DNA from: Candidatus Latescibacterota bacterium
GTDB taxonomy: Bacteria > Latescibacterota > UBA2968
Length of the DNA stretch: 64,000 bases
Direction of reading: 5' to 3'
NCBI GenBank assembly: GCA_965205975.1
Contig: OZ242195.1
Location: 4,352,001 to 4,416,000, forward strand
Of the stretch, positions 19,524 to 33,217 are shown piece by piece (the stretch's first letter is position 1; each line of letters opens with the position of its first letter). Position numbers and translations under genes: made by a program. A model generated the notes under the pieces. It was given only the letters and a program-made list of their open reading frames with translations. It did not search any database and had not been told where the DNA came from.

Positions 19524-20435
19524 ATGTTGATTGCTACGTCGCGAACAGTGCATGCGGGCTTTGAGGATCAGGACGCTCCTGTGCAGATTGTAGAGGGCGA
19601 TGTTGCCGCGCTTGCCAAAGGCGAGGTTTATCGCGTTGTTGCCCTCAAGAGTGGCGATTTGTTTGTGTGTACCGAAACGGGATCCCAGACGGTTGCTACG
19701 GGTATTGAAGAGGATATCGAGTGTTTGATTATTGTTGACGAAGAACCCCTGCGCTTGCTTATCGGTACGGGAGAATCTCGTATTTATTGTTATGATGATG
19801 GGAAGACGCATCGGGTTGAGTCTTTTGACCAGTTGCCGGTGCGCGAGAAGTGGTACACGCCCTGGGGTGGTCCGCCAGATGTGCGCAGCTTTGCCAGGAC
19901 AACAGATGGCTGGGTTTATGCCGATATTCACGTGGGTAGTATTATGCGTTCGGCAGATTGCGGTGAGACGTGGGAACCCGTGACGCCGGATTTGCACGAT
20001 GATGTGCATCAGGTGGCTACTTCGCCGCAGGACGATGACCGCGTGTATGCGAATACGGCGCGTGCGGTGTTTGTGAGCGATGATCGCGGGAGGTCGTGGT
20101 CCCACCGGTCTGAGGGTTTTCCCTATTATTACGGTCGCGCTATTGCCGTGCATCTCGACGATCCGGATTGTGTGCTGGCTACGGTGAGCAAGGGGCCGCA
20201 CGGAGAGGCTGCGGGTCAGCTTTACAGATCGGATGATGCGGGTGGTACATGGGAACACGTTACAGAGGGGTTTCCAGGTACGGTTCCACATAATATTGAT
20301 ACGTTTCACATCGCGTTTTCAAAAGATGGGCGTGCCTGGGCCGCTGTGGATAAGACGCTTTATACCAGCGTGGACCGGGGTAAGTCATGGGAAAGTGTAT
20401 GGGAGGCATCAGAGAAGATACGGATGATTGCATGA
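19524..20435 (+). CDS. BNR/Asp-box beta-propeller protein
   Basis: Repeated S.D.G.TW Asp-boxes. Confidence 0.8.
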   Translation: MLIATSRTVHAGFEDQDAPVQIVEGDVAALAKGEVYRVVALKSGDLFVCTETGSQTVATGIEEDIECLIIVDEEPLRLLIGTGESRIYCYDDGKTHRVESFDQLPVREKWYTPWGGPPDVRSFARTTDGWVYADIHVGSIMRSADCGETWEPVTPDLHDDVHQVATSPQDDDRVYANTARAVFVSDDRGRSWSHRSEGFPYYYGRAIAVHLDDPDCVLATVSKGPHGEAAGQLYRSDDAGGTWEHVTEGFPGTVPHNIDTFHIAFSKDGRAWAAVDKTLYTSVDRGKSWESVWEASEKIRMIA

Positions 20436-20442
20436 AGACTTA

Positions 20443-20650
20443 GAGACTGTTTTAAAACTCATTTTGCCCCTTCTCGGCGATGCGCTATTGCCCTGTCATT
20501 CTGAGCCTTTCGGCTACGCTCAAGATAAACTCCGCGGAGCGGAGTCGAAGAATCTGCTACTGACGCAGGTGGAATAGATGCTTCGGCTACGCTCAGCATG
20601 ACAAAACGCCGGACATGCGTAACATCAGGTATTAATTTTTAAACAGCTTC
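20443..20650. mobile_element. MITE-like element containing a REP-like inverted repeat
   Basis: Imperfect terminal inverted repeats GAGACTGTTTTAAAA / TTTTTAAACAGCTTC flanked by TTA on both sides. Internal inverted pair TGTCATTCTGAGC (20494) ... GCTCAGCATGACA (20603). Confidence 0.6.
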
Positions 20651-20662
20651 TTAGGAGCATTT

Positions 20663-21637
20663 ATGGCACATCACAACTTTAGCCCCACTCATTATCACAC
20701 GACTATTGGATCCCACGATCCGGTTCTCACTATTGCAAGTGGCGATACGCTTTCGACCACGACGGTTTGTGCGGGTGGCAGGGATATGACGGGCGAGCAA
20801 GTGACAGAGGGCGGCAATCCCCAGACGGGTCCTTTTTATATTGAGGGTGCAGAGCCGGGGGATTCGATTTCGGTTGTGTTTGATTATTTGATGCCCAACC
20901 GTTCGCATGGCTATACTTCTGCGCGCGTTGCGCCCAATGTGCTCGATCCGGGTTATGTGCCCAAATTTGAGGATGATATTGCGCGGGTTTTATGGGAGAT
21001 CGATTTTGAAAATCGCACGGCACGCCCGGTGGAGGTTTCTCGTAACCGCGACCATACCACGCCCGGTTATGGCAGTCCCGCGTCCCGTCCGTTAAGCGAT
21101 CTAATTTTGCCGCTCAATCCGCATCCCGGATGTTTTGGGGTTGCGCCGCCGCGGGGTCAGGCGATTTCGACTGCGACGTCATCCACGCACGGTGGGAATA
21201 TGGATTACAAGCGTTTCAACGAGGGCACGACGGTTTATTTGCCGGTTTTTGTCGAGGGCGCGCTTTTTCACATTGGCGATGGGCACGCGCTTCAGGGCGA
21301 TGGTGAAATTGTGGGTACGGGTGTTGAAATTTCTTTTGATGTCCGTTTTACGGTTCATCTGCACAAGGGCAAGACGATTAACTGGCCGCGGGGTGAAAAT
21401 GAGACGCATATTTTTACGGCGGGCAATGCCCGTCCGCTCGATCAGTGCGTCGAACACGCGACCACTGAAATGATCCGCTGGCTTGTGTCGGATTTTGGTC
21501 TGGACGAGCGCACCGTACATGTGTTGCTCGGCGAGGCGGTTGAATACGATATGGGCAATATGTTTGATCCCGCTTATACTTTTGTTTGTAAAATTCCCAA
21601 GCAAGTTCTCGAAACCCTGGGCGCGACCCGTGCGTAG
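20663..21637 (+). CDS. Acetamidase/formamidase family protein
   Basis: TGPFYIEGAEPGD, HGGNMD, GDGHALQGDGE. Confidence 0.92.
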   Translation: MAHHNFSPTHYHTTIGSHDPVLTIASGDTLSTTTVCAGGRDMTGEQVTEGGNPQTGPFYIEGAEPGDSISVVFDYLMPNRSHGYTSARVAPNVLDPGYVPKFEDDIARVLWEIDFENRTARPVEVSRNRDHTTPGYGSPASRPLSDLILPLNPHPGCFGVAPPRGQAISTATSSTHGGNMDYKRFNEGTTVYLPVFVEGALFHIGDGHALQGDGEIVGTGVEISFDVRFTVHLHKGKTINWPRGENETHIFTAGNARPLDQCVEHATTEMIRWLVSDFGLDERTVHVLLGEAVEYDMGNMFDPAYTFVCKIPKQVLETLGATRA

Positions 21638-21643
21638 TGTGCG

Positions 21644-22630
21644 ATGAAAAAATCTCACTGGATTATTTCCCCGTCTGTCGATTTGTGCTGTATTTCGCTC
21701 GGATGGCTGGTCTTTTTTGCCGCTCCTTATCTGCTCTCTGACTACAGTGAGACCTTCCGCCTCATTGCGGTCACGTCATTTGTAGCCCACCGGTATTTCA
21801 CTTTTCCCCTCGTTTATCTCGACCGCATTGAATTTGAACGGCGGCTGCTGATTTATCTGATAACTCCAGTGCTGTGTCTGGGGTTCGTCGCTCTGTGTTA
21901 TTATTTTCGGGTTGAAGAGCCCGAGATGTTCGCGTTCTGGTACCTTTTTAATTATTTCCATTTTGTCCGTCAAAAGTACGGTATTTTGCGGATTTATTCC
22001 GGGAAGGGACAATGGGGGCACAAACAGCTCGATGCCTGGACTTCGTATCTCTGGGGTATTGCGGGATTTGGGTATCTGTTTGCGTTTCAGGCCGATGTCG
22101 AAGGCCGCGTTATGCATTATTTGCATACGCTTATCGGGACGCCGCTTCCGCAGGTGGGGGCGCAAGGGATATATGTCGCAGCTATCGCTGTTACGATTGC
22201 GTGGCTTATTTACGAGTTTCGGGGCGCGCAAATTAACTGGCCCAAATTGCTTTTCTTTTTTTCGGTCGCGTTTATGTATGGTGTTGTGCCCATTTTGTCG
22301 TCAGACGCGCTTTTTATTGCGACCAGTTTTAGCCATGCCGCGGAATATATCGCCCTTGTCGCGCTTACGGTTCACAATAAGGCAAAACTCGATGCTTTTG
22401 CGTCGCCTGTGCTGACGCGAGCGGGAAAGTCTATTGTTCCCTATACTGCGGGTTTTATTGTTGTGGTCAGCGGCTTGTTATACGGTCTGAAATTTCTTTC
22501 TCTTCCGATCTTTCTCGTTTTTACTTATGGCACTTCGTTTATGCATTTTATCTACGATGGCATGATCTGGAAGTTGCGTCGCCCCCGCGTTGCGCGGGAG
22601 GTTGGCGCAGCGATGAGCGATAGGCGATGA
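21644..22630 (+). CDS. Uncharacterised polytopic membrane protein with four His motifs
   Basis: TM helices; AHRYFT, FHFVRQKYGI, SHAAEYI, MHFIYDGMIWK. Confidence 0.75.
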   Translation: MKKSHWIISPSVDLCCISLGWLVFFAAPYLLSDYSETFRLIAVTSFVAHRYFTFPLVYLDRIEFERRLLIYLITPVLCLGFVALCYYFRVEEPEMFAFWYLFNYFHFVRQKYGILRIYSGKGQWGHKQLDAWTSYLWGIAGFGYLFAFQADVEGRVMHYLHTLIGTPLPQVGAQGIYVAAIAVTIAWLIYEFRGAQINWPKLLFFFSVAFMYGVVPILSSDALFIATSFSHAAEYIALVALTVHNKAKLDAFASPVLTRAGKSIVPYTAGFIVVVSGLLYGLKFLSLPIFLVFTYGTSFMHFIYDGMIWKLRRPRVAREVGAAMSDRR

Positions 22631-22633
22631 GCG

Positions 22634-25757
<3,124 letters not shown>

Positions 25758-25883
25758 TCCACATATTTTTTCGAAAAGGAAGTTGCAGAATAGTAATTGT
25801 CATTGCGGCATGGTTTTAGCCGCAATCCATTGGGGATTGGCAGGTGGGGCTGACAATTCTATCTAACCCAAAGGAGAACAAAG

Positions 25884-26186
25884 ATGAATATATCTGAAGA
25901 TATTGGGACCAGATTGCTTTTTGAAAATGACCGCGTGCGCGTTTGGGATCTCGCGCTTGCCCCGGGCGAGAGTACGGGCATGCATCGGCACGAGAATGAC
26001 TATTTGTACGTGGTTATCGGCGGGGGAAAACTCCAGGGTGTCTCATCAGATGGCGTCAAACGCGATGCCCGCGATATGGTGGATGGGCAGGTACAATGGC
26101 GAGATGTTGATGGCGAAGATATTCACGAGGCCATCAATGTGGGTGATGAACCCTGGCGGAATATTATTGTTGAGTTGAAGAGATAG
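25884..26186 (+). CDS. Cupin domain protein
   Basis: ENDRVRVW, PGE..MHRH, H..INVG. Confidence 0.85.
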   Translation: MNISEDIGTRLLFENDRVRVWDLALAPGESTGMHRHENDYLYVVIGGGKLQGVSSDGVKRDARDMVDGQVQWRDVDGEDIHEAINVGDEPWRNIIVELKR

Positions 26187-26204
26187 GGGTCAGGTAGGCC
26201 GATT

Positions 26205-26264
26205 GGGACGGCACAGGGGCCGTTCCCTACACGTGCATGTAGGGGCGACCCCCTGTGGTCGCCC
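26205..26264. repeat. Doublet of GTAG-type REP palindromes
   Basis: GGGACGGCACAGGGGCCGTTCCCTAC followed by GTAGGGGCGACCCCCTGTGGTCGCCC, between convergent genes. Confidence 0.75.
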
Positions 26265-26287
26265 GTTGCGGGCACTTTTTTGTGTTC

Positions 26288-28282
26288 CTACTGGTAGGCG
26301 AGGAGGTCGTCAACGACGGTTGGGTCGGCGAGGGTTGAGGTGTCGCCGAGGTCCGAGGTGTCGTTTTCGGCGATTTTGCGCAGGATTCGGCGCATGATTT
26401 TGCCCGAGCGCGTTTTGGGCAAGCCCGGTGCCCAGTGGATTACGTCTGGGGTGGCGATGGGGCCGATTTCGGTGCGGACTTGCTGGACGAGTTCGGCTTT
26501 GAGGTCGTCGGTATAGGTTTCGCCCACGTTGAGGGTGACGTAGGCATAGATGCCCTGTCCTTTGATTTCGTGTGGGAAACCGACCACGGCGGCTTCGGCC
26601 ACTTTGGCGTGTGAGACCAGAGCGCTCTCGACTTCGGCGGTGCCCATGCGGTGACCTGAGATGTTGATGACGTCATCTACGCGGCCGGTGATCCAATAGT
26701 AGCCGTCTTCGTCGCGGCGGCAGCCGTCACCAGTGAAGTAGAAGCCTTTGTATTGCTGAAAGTAGGTTTCTTCAAAGCGTTTGTGATCGCCATAGACGGT
26801 GCGCATTTGTCCCGGCCAGGGTTCTGAGATGGCGAGTACGCCATCGACGCCATTGCCTTCGACGATTTTGCCCGATTCGGGTTCGAGGACGACGGGTTTG
26901 ATGCCATAGAGGGGAAAAGTCGCAGATCCGGGTTTGGTGGGGGTTGCGCCGGGTAAGGGACTGATGAGGATGCCGCCGGTTTCGGTTTGCCACCAGGTAT
27001 CTACGATGGGGCATCGCTCTCGCCCGACATTGCGGTGATACCATTGCCAGGCTTCGGGATTGATGGGTTCGCCCACGGTGCCGAGTATTTTGAGAGATGA
27101 CAGGTCGTATTTGGTGGGCCATTCGTCGCCTTCTCGGGTGAGGGCACGTATGGCTGTGGGCGCGGTGTAGAACTGGTTGACTTTGTATTTGTCGATGACC
27201 TGCCAGTATCGGCCCGGGTCGGGATAGACGGGCGTGCTTTCAAACATGATGGTGGTGGCGGCATTTGATAGAGGCCCATAGATGATGTAGGAGTGGCCCG
27301 TGACCCAGCCTATGTCGGCGGCGCAAAAGTAGATGTCGCCGTCCTGATAGTCAAAGACGTTTTTGTGCGTGTAGCCCGTGTACACCATGTAGCCACCCAC
27401 GTTGTGCTGCACGCCTTTGGGTTTGCCGGTGGAGCCAGATGTGTAGAGGATGAAGAGGGGGTCTTCGGCGTCCATTTCTTCGCATGGGCAGTCGGCATCA
27501 GCTTCTGACATGGCTTCGTGCCACCATAAGTCGCGTCCTTCACGCATGGGACATGTGATGCCACTATCTTTGCCTACGCGCTGGACGACGATGCAGGTGT
27601 GAACGCTGGTGTTGCCCATGCGCGAGTTGGCCAATGCAATAGCTTCGTCGGCGGGCTGTTTGCGTTCCATGGGGCGGTCGCCGCGGAACATGCCATCTGT
27701 GGTGAGTACGACCTGGCAGGCGGAATCGACGATGCGGTCTGCCAATGCTTCGGCTGAGAAGCCGCCAAAGACAATGGAGTGGACGGCGCCGATGCGCGCG
27801 CAGGCGAGCATGGCGATGGCGAGTTCGGGGATCATGGGCATATAGATAGAGACGCAGTCGCCTTTTTTTACGCCTCGGGATTTGAGTACGTTGGCGAATT
27901 TGCAGACTTGTTCGTGCAGTTCACTGTAGGTGAGTTTGGCGTCTTCACCAGGCTCGTTGCCTTCCCAGATGATGGCGATTTGGTCCCCTCGAGACGTGAG
28001 GTGACGGTCGATGCAGTTGTACGTGATGTTGGTTGTGGCCCCTTCAAACCACTTGATTGAGATTGGTCCATTGTCCATATTGTAGTTGTAGGATCGCACG
28101 GTGTCCCATTTTTTGTACCAGTGGAATGTATTGGCGATTTCCGCCCAGAATGCTTCGGGATCGGCAATCGATTTTTCGTATTGTTTCCCATAGGCATCTA
28201 TGCTGGGGACATGTGCATTGGTGCTGAGATTTTGCGGTGGGATGTATTTTCCGTTTTGTTCGACCACCTGATTTGCTGCCAT
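26288..28282 (-). CDS. acs: Acetyl-CoA synthetase
   Basis: [38 protein letters not shown]; start trimmed to MAANQ (RBS GAGG). Confidence 0.96.
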   Translation of the reverse strand: MAANQVVEQNGKYIPPQNLSTNAHVPSIDAYGKQYEKSIADPEAFWAEIANTFHWYKKWDTVRSYNYNMDNGPISIKWFEGATTNITYNCIDRHLTSRGDQIAIIWEGNEPGEDAKLTYSELHEQVCKFANVLKSRGVKKGDCVSIYMPMIPELAIAMLACARIGAVHSIVFGGFSAEALADRIVDSACQVVLTTDGMFRGDRPMERKQPADEAIALANSRMGNTSVHTCIVVQRVGKDSGITCPMREGRDLWWHEAMSEADADCPCEEMDAEDPLFILYTSGSTGKPKGVQHNVGGYMVYTGYTHKNVFDYQDGDIYFCAADIGWVTGHSYIIYGPLSNAATTIMFESTPVYPDPGRYWQVIDKYKVNQFYTAPTAIRALTREGDEWPTKYDLSSLKILGTVGEPINPEAWQWYHRNVGRERCPIVDTWWQTETGGILISPLPGATPTKPGSATFPLYGIKPVVLEPESGKIVEGNGVDGVLAISEPWPGQMRTVYGDHKRFEETYFQQYKGFYFTGDGCRRDEDGYYWITGRVDDVINISGHRMGTAEVESALVSHAKVAEAAVVGFPHEIKGQGIYAYVTLNVGETYTDDLKAELVQQVRTEIGPIATPDVIHWAPGLPKTRSGKIMRRILRKIAENDTSDLGDTSTLADPTVVDDLLAYQ

Positions 28283-28491
28283 CGGGATTCCTCGCTTTCT
28301 TACGTGAATGTCATCAGACGGATCGGATTTGGGAAGATGAATATAAAACGGGATTGACAAGGGCGCAATGCGGAAAAACAGGCGGCTCGTATTTTTGGGA
28401 ACCCTGAGGGCGTGTGAAGGGTTTAATAGTAGGATTGAGGATATAAGGCTTTGGGTGGGGAGGGGGACACAGGCCCTAAGGGAGGGATTCC

Positions 28492-29103
28492 ATGCTTATG
28501 GCAAATTCGAGATATGGACTGGGCGAACAGTCAGATGTGGATATTTTAGCTGAGGTATCTGCTGGAGATATTGATGCTTATGGAAAAATTGTGCGGCGCT
28601 ATCAAGGGCGGTTGTACAATTTTGTTTTTCGCTTTGTAGGTGATCGGGAAACAGCAGAGGATATCGTACAAGAGGCGTTTTTGCGTGCGTTTGGAAAGCG
28701 TGAGGAATATCGCGCAATTGCCAATTTTTCTACATGGCTGTTTACGATTGCCGGAAATTTGGCCAAAAGTGAACTGAGAAGGCGCAAGCGATGGCGATTG
28801 TTTTCACTGGATCGAGACGAAGAGTCAGATACGGGCATGGACTTGCCCGATGAATCTATGCGTCCCGATCACATGGCGGAAACTTCGCTGTTCAATGTGG
28901 AGATTCAGAATGCGATTGCTTCGTTGCCCGATAATTACCGCCAGGTGATTTTGTTGCGCGATGTGGAAGGTATGTCGTATTATGAAATTTCTGAGATTGT
29001 GAAGTGTCCGGTTGGGACGGTGAAATCGCGCGTCAATCGCGGGCGCTTAAAATTGCAACAAAAATTAAAAAATGAAGGCCGGGATGTGGGTCTGAATGTT
29101 TAA
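28492..29103 (+). CDS. ECF RNA polymerase sigma factor
   Basis: [30 protein letters not shown]. Confidence 0.93.
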   Translation: MLMANSRYGLGEQSDVDILAEVSAGDIDAYGKIVRRYQGRLYNFVFRFVGDRETAEDIVQEAFLRAFGKREEYRAIANFSTWLFTIAGNLAKSELRRRKRWRLFSLDRDEESDTGMDLPDESMRPDHMAETSLFNVEIQNAIASLPDNYRQVILLRDVEGMSYYEISEIVKCPVGTVKSRVNRGRLKLQQKLKNEGRDVGLNV

Positions 29104-29147
29104 TATTAATATATCCCGGAAACCCTGCTCGGAGGTAAAATATAGAC

Positions 29148-29744
29148 ATGACTGTTACTGATTTTGAATCGCGAGTTTCGGCTTATGTAGATGGCGAAAT
29201 GAGTCCGGTTGAGATGGCAGAAATGGAGCGCAAAGCTGCGGAGTGCGAGCATTGTCGCGTTTTGTTAGCCGATGTGCAAGCCTTGAAAGAGCGTATGGCG
29301 CAATTGCCACGGGTTCGGCCATCGGCTGAGTTTGATTTTGCTCTTCGCAGCCATTTGGCTATGGCTATGGCGAAAGAAAAACAGCTTTTGCACAAAGCAC
29401 GGCGCACAATGTTTTCTTCTGTCTCGCGGACCATTACAACGCTGGCTGCGGCTGTGGTGATCGGTTTGGGGTTGACCCAGATGGTTTTCTATAGCGATAC
29501 TACACCTATCCCACAAGTTGCAGTGGAGCGTCCGGAAATTCCACTGGTGCCGGGCGAGAGATTGCCGAATGTTGATGTAGGTGCTCTGGAATTGGAGCGT
29601 TTGTCCAAGGAGTCTTATAGTCTGGATTCTCGTTATTATCGGGACTCAGCGCGTGTGGATTCCGCATCTCGGTTGAAGCAGCGGCCATCGAATATGCGCG
29701 ACCTGCGCGACGTGAAACAGGTTCCCGTTTCGTATTCATTTTGA
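29148..29744 (+). CDS. Membrane anti-sigma factor (zf-HC2-like)
   Basis: SAYVDGEM..ECEHCR, one TM helix; adjacent to the ECF gene. Confidence 0.8.
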   Translation: MTVTDFESRVSAYVDGEMSPVEMAEMERKAAECEHCRVLLADVQALKERMAQLPRVRPSAEFDFALRSHLAMAMAKEKQLLHKARRTMFSSVSRTITTLAAAVVIGLGLTQMVFYSDTTPIPQVAVERPEIPLVPGERLPNVDVGALELERLSKESYSLDSRYYRDSARVDSASRLKQRPSNMRDLRDVKQVPVSYSF

Positions 29745-29776
29745 CGTTGACTCGACAAGTGGAGAGAGGCGGGGTC

Positions 29777-30889
29777 ATGAGATCTTTGTGTTGCGCAATG
29801 GCGTTGTGCCTGCTTGTTGTGGGCAATGGATGGACGGAAGAACGCAGCCTATTGTGCGCGCTTGAAGAGGAAATCGCGGCAATTTTGGAAGATAATCGGC
29901 AGAGTGTGGTGCGGATTCACACGCTGTATCCCCGTGCGCGGGCAGATAGCGGACCGTTTGGTTCGGTGTTTACCCACGGTACGGGGTTTATTTTTGATCC
30001 CCAGGGTTATATTTTAACGATTGAAGCCGCTATTGCAGATGCCGATGAGATTCGGGTGACGCTCGCTTCTGGCGTGCAGGTGCGAGCTGCGCTCGTGGGA
30101 GCAGATCCGATTTCGGGGATTGCTGTCATTCGCGTTGAGGCGGAAAATTTGCCCACGGTTGTGGTCGGAGATTCACAGCATATTAAAATTGGGCATTACG
30201 CCCTTTTGTTGGGTAATGACTTTGGTAATCTGGTGCCTGCTGTTGGGATGGTGCATGAGATATATCGGGATACGGATTTGTTTCAGGTGTCGGCTCGCGT
30301 GCAGAGCAGTTATGGCGGCGCACCTGTATTTTGCAGCAATGGGCGGGTTGGAGGTATGGTGTGGCGCTATGAAGACCCGGTTCGCGCCGTTGGACAAGAC
30401 AATAGCCCGCTGTTTGGGTGGGGTTCCATGCCGTCATCTGTTTTTGTTATTCCGATCAATCGCGCGATGCGGGTGGCGCGCGCACTGGTCGCACATGGGC
30501 AGATGGCGTATGGCAAATTGGGTGTGGAGGTTGCACCACGGGGCAACGAAGTGGTGGTGGTCAATGTGGAGGCCAATAGTCCTGCAACTGAGGGCGGGAT
30601 TCAGCCGGGCGATGTGGTGCTTTCATATCGCGGACGTGCCATTGCTGGTCCGACACATTTGAAGAGAATGGTGCTGGAAAGTACGCCGGGTGAGACCGCA
30701 ACACTGGGTATTCGGCGCAAGGGACAGGTGGTGGCGATACAGGTCGAACTGGATCAGATGGATAGTGCTGCTATGACCGCTTTGCGTCCAGCACCCTTGG
30801 TAAAGCCCGAAGACGCAGCAGTTTATCAACACATGAGTTATTTGCAACGCGAATTCGGGCGTTTGTGGCAAATTTTGCATCGCAAGTAG
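29777..30889 (+). CDS. HtrA/Deg-like trypsin-fold + PDZ protein, catalytic triad apparently lost
   Basis: Signal peptide, GTGFI, PDZ (SPA..GIQPGDVV); triad positions read TIEAAI, SGIAV and SSYGGAP. Confidence 0.82.
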   Translation: MRSLCCAMALCLLVVGNGWTEERSLLCALEEEIAAILEDNRQSVVRIHTLYPRARADSGPFGSVFTHGTGFIFDPQGYILTIEAAIADADEIRVTLASGVQVRAALVGADPISGIAVIRVEAENLPTVVVGDSQHIKIGHYALLLGNDFGNLVPAVGMVHEIYRDTDLFQVSARVQSSYGGAPVFCSNGRVGGMVWRYEDPVRAVGQDNSPLFGWGSMPSSVFVIPINRAMRVARALVAHGQMAYGKLGVEVAPRGNEVVVVNVEANSPATEGGIQPGDVVLSYRGRAIAGPTHLKRMVLESTPGETATLGIRRKGQVVAIQVELDQMDSAAMTALRPAPLVKPEDAAVYQHMSYLQREFGRLWQILHRK

Positions 30890-30906
30890 GTGTTTACAGT
30901 AAACGC

Positions 30907-30940
30907 AAAAAAGCGGTGGTCTTCGGATCACCGCTTTTTT
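30907..30940 (+). terminator. Rho-independent terminator (potentially bidirectional)
   Basis: A6-GCGGTGGTC-TTCG-GATCACCGC-T6. Confidence 0.85.
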
Positions 30941-30993
30941 ATTTTTTCATGGTATGCTCTCTTCGACGAATCGTTAACCAGAGGAGTTAATTT

Positions 30994-32790
30994 ATGTTTG
31001 GTCCCGCTTCTGTTGCTGATTTTTTACCAGCTGATTTTGCCGATAATGAACTCGATTTGCCCTATTATTTGTCGCATTTTCATCGGGTTGCCAATGCTGT
31101 TGAGATGGATGGTCCGGATCGCGGCTTTATCAATCTTTCGGTCTGGCGGAGGCCGAAGGACAACAAACCGCACAATGCGCGCATTATGGAAAATATTCTG
31201 GCGCTGGCTTTCTTTTATTGCACTGACCGCCCCTGGAATGTGTTTTACGCACAGCCCGACCTGCGTCAGCGTCTCGAAGCTGCGCTCGACTTCTGGTGCG
31301 GCATTCAAAACGGGGATGGGCGTTTCAGCGAGTACGGTCCCGGCAATTGGAATCTCGCCGCCACTGCTTTTGCCACAAAGTTTATGGGGCAAACCCTCCA
31401 CCTGCTCGACAGCGGTCCTCCTATTGATCCAACTCTGCACCAGCGCGTCATAACCGCTGACCGCAAAGCACTCTATGCCACTTTTACTCTGGATGAATTG
31501 CAAACTCACGGTCGCAACTTTACCAATCAGTACGCCAATGCCTGGGGCGGCGCGCTGGCGTATCTGGATCTCTTTCCCGATGCAGAACTCGAGCGTTTGC
31601 TCGATCAGCGTCTTGAAGATAGTCTGACTGAATTTCAGAGTCCAGCGGGTTATTTTTACGAGCGTAGCGGTCCCGATTGGGGCTATTTTCTTGGCACTCA
31701 CCACAGCGATATCCACGTTGCCTATCACTATGCTCGCGGCACGGATCGGGCGTCCATTTTTCTGGAAAAAGAACGGCGCTGGTACGATTGGTTTTCCTAC
31801 AATGCCGTGCGCGAACCAGATGGCACGGGTTACGCGCTCAACCGCGGTATTGAAACCCGCCAGCAGAGAGCTTTTCTCACTGAGTATCGCGCCAATCTCG
31901 GCGGTGCCGAGAGGTCTAATTCTGGGGATATCGACACGACTGCCCTCGGCGAAGAACTCGAATTACCCCGCGCTTATGGTCGCACGGCTGAAGCACATGC
32001 ACGGGATATTGCAGATGCGCGCGCCCGCCTTGAAGCCAATTGGCCCTCTGTTGCGCCGCTCCAGGTGGGTGAGTTTTGGGCTTTTACGCCTTATGCGTTT
32101 TTGCATCGGGATCACATTAGCTGGTATCCCACGCTGGATCAAAAAAAAGCGGCCACTGCGATGTTGCCCTATATCGCACGAGACCGTTTCACACACCAGC
32201 GGGTTGACAGCCGCCATCCGGTGGTTTTTACGTTTGTTCGTCGTCCAACCTATTACGCCGCTTTTAATACGGGGCCTGTGCTCAGTGCTCAACAACGGTA
32301 TGGGCTGGGGTTGCTCTGGCATCCTCGCGCTGGTGCTGTTCTGCAGTCTCAAACGGATACAGACTATGCTGCCTGGGGGACGATTGCCAATAATACACTC
32401 TGCGAAAAGGCCGATATTGCCGCTGTTTTCCGGATTGATGGGGATCCGCTAATACCGCGACCTGGCATACGAGATCTGCCCGATGGCGATCTCGAGATTA
32501 CCTATCCCCTCGGCGAAGCTGGCAGTAAGACGATTCTCTTTGCTCGCAATGCAATCACGGTTTCTGTCAGCTATCCCGGTGCCTTTACCGAGGTTCTCCC
32601 GCTTCTGAAAGGGGATATGGATACAATAAAGAACGGGTCGGTTCTCACGCGCGGTGATGTTTCTCTCTGTATTGAAACCGAAAACGCACTCACTTTTTCC
32701 GAAACCGATCTCAAGTCCGGCGATCGCCAGGTCGTGACGGCTTGCATTGATGCTGAAAATACATTGACTTATCGCCTCGCGTTTCGGTGA
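30994..32790 (+). CDS. Hypothetical protein (possible alpha/alpha-toroid carbohydrate-active enzyme)
   Basis: 598-aa ORF with RBS AGGAG; aromatic-rich helical N-half (QNGDGRFSEY, QSPAGYFYE) and beta-rich C-half. Confidence 0.65.
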   Translation: MFGPASVADFLPADFADNELDLPYYLSHFHRVANAVEMDGPDRGFINLSVWRRPKDNKPHNARIMENILALAFFYCTDRPWNVFYAQPDLRQRLEAALDFWCGIQNGDGRFSEYGPGNWNLAATAFATKFMGQTLHLLDSGPPIDPTLHQRVITADRKALYATFTLDELQTHGRNFTNQYANAWGGALAYLDLFPDAELERLLDQRLEDSLTEFQSPAGYFYERSGPDWGYFLGTHHSDIHVAYHYARGTDRASIFLEKERRWYDWFSYNAVREPDGTGYALNRGIETRQQRAFLTEYRANLGGAERSNSGDIDTTALGEELELPRAYGRTAEAHARDIADARARLEANWPSVAPLQVGEFWAFTPYAFLHRDHISWYPTLDQKKAATAMLPYIARDRFTHQRVDSRHPVVFTFVRRPTYYAAFNTGPVLSAQQRYGLGLLWHPRAGAVLQSQTDTDYAAWGTIANNTLCEKADIAAVFRIDGDPLIPRPGIRDLPDGDLEITYPLGEAGSKTILFARNAITVSVSYPGAFTEVLPLLKGDMDTIKNGSVLTRGDVSLCIETENALTFSETDLKSGDRQVVTACIDAENTLTYRLAFR

Positions 32791-32826
32791 ATGATTCGTT
32801 GCAATCCAGTCGATCAGAAAAACATA

Positions 32827-33207
32827 TCAATAAATTTTTCTAAAAGAGCACTCATAAGGCTGAACCAAAATATCCGCCGAAATTCCAAGACCCTTATGCA
32901 ACTTGCGAATCATGTTCAGTGACAGTGAGCATTTTCGATTCAAAACCTCTGACACACTGGTGCCTGAACCCAGATAGGGTTCAAGATCACGATGAGATAA
33001 ACCTTGACTCTCCAGGTGGTGAAGGATTGCCTCAATTGGATCCGGTGGCGGGATAGGGTAGTGCTTCTGTTCATAAACTTCAACGAGCGTGACCAAAACA
33101 TCGAGTTTATCACCTTCTGGCGAACCATAAGTTGCTCCCCAAAGCCGTTCGATCTCTCTCAAAGCGGCTTCATGGTCTGATTCGGTTTTGATGGGTTTAA
33201 TATCCAT
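32827..33207 (-). CDS. higA: HigA-type HTH antitoxin (orphan)
   Basis: MDIKPIKTE..PPDPIEAI..VSEVLN..LSLNMIRKLH..LGISADIL. Confidence 0.85.
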   Translation of the reverse strand: MDIKPIKTESDHEAALREIERLWGATYGSPEGDKLDVLVTLVEVYEQKHYPIPPPDPIEAILHHLESQGLSHRDLEPYLGSGTSVSEVLNRKCSLSLNMIRKLHKGLGISADILVQPYECSFRKIY

Positions 33208-33217
33208 GGTTATCACC

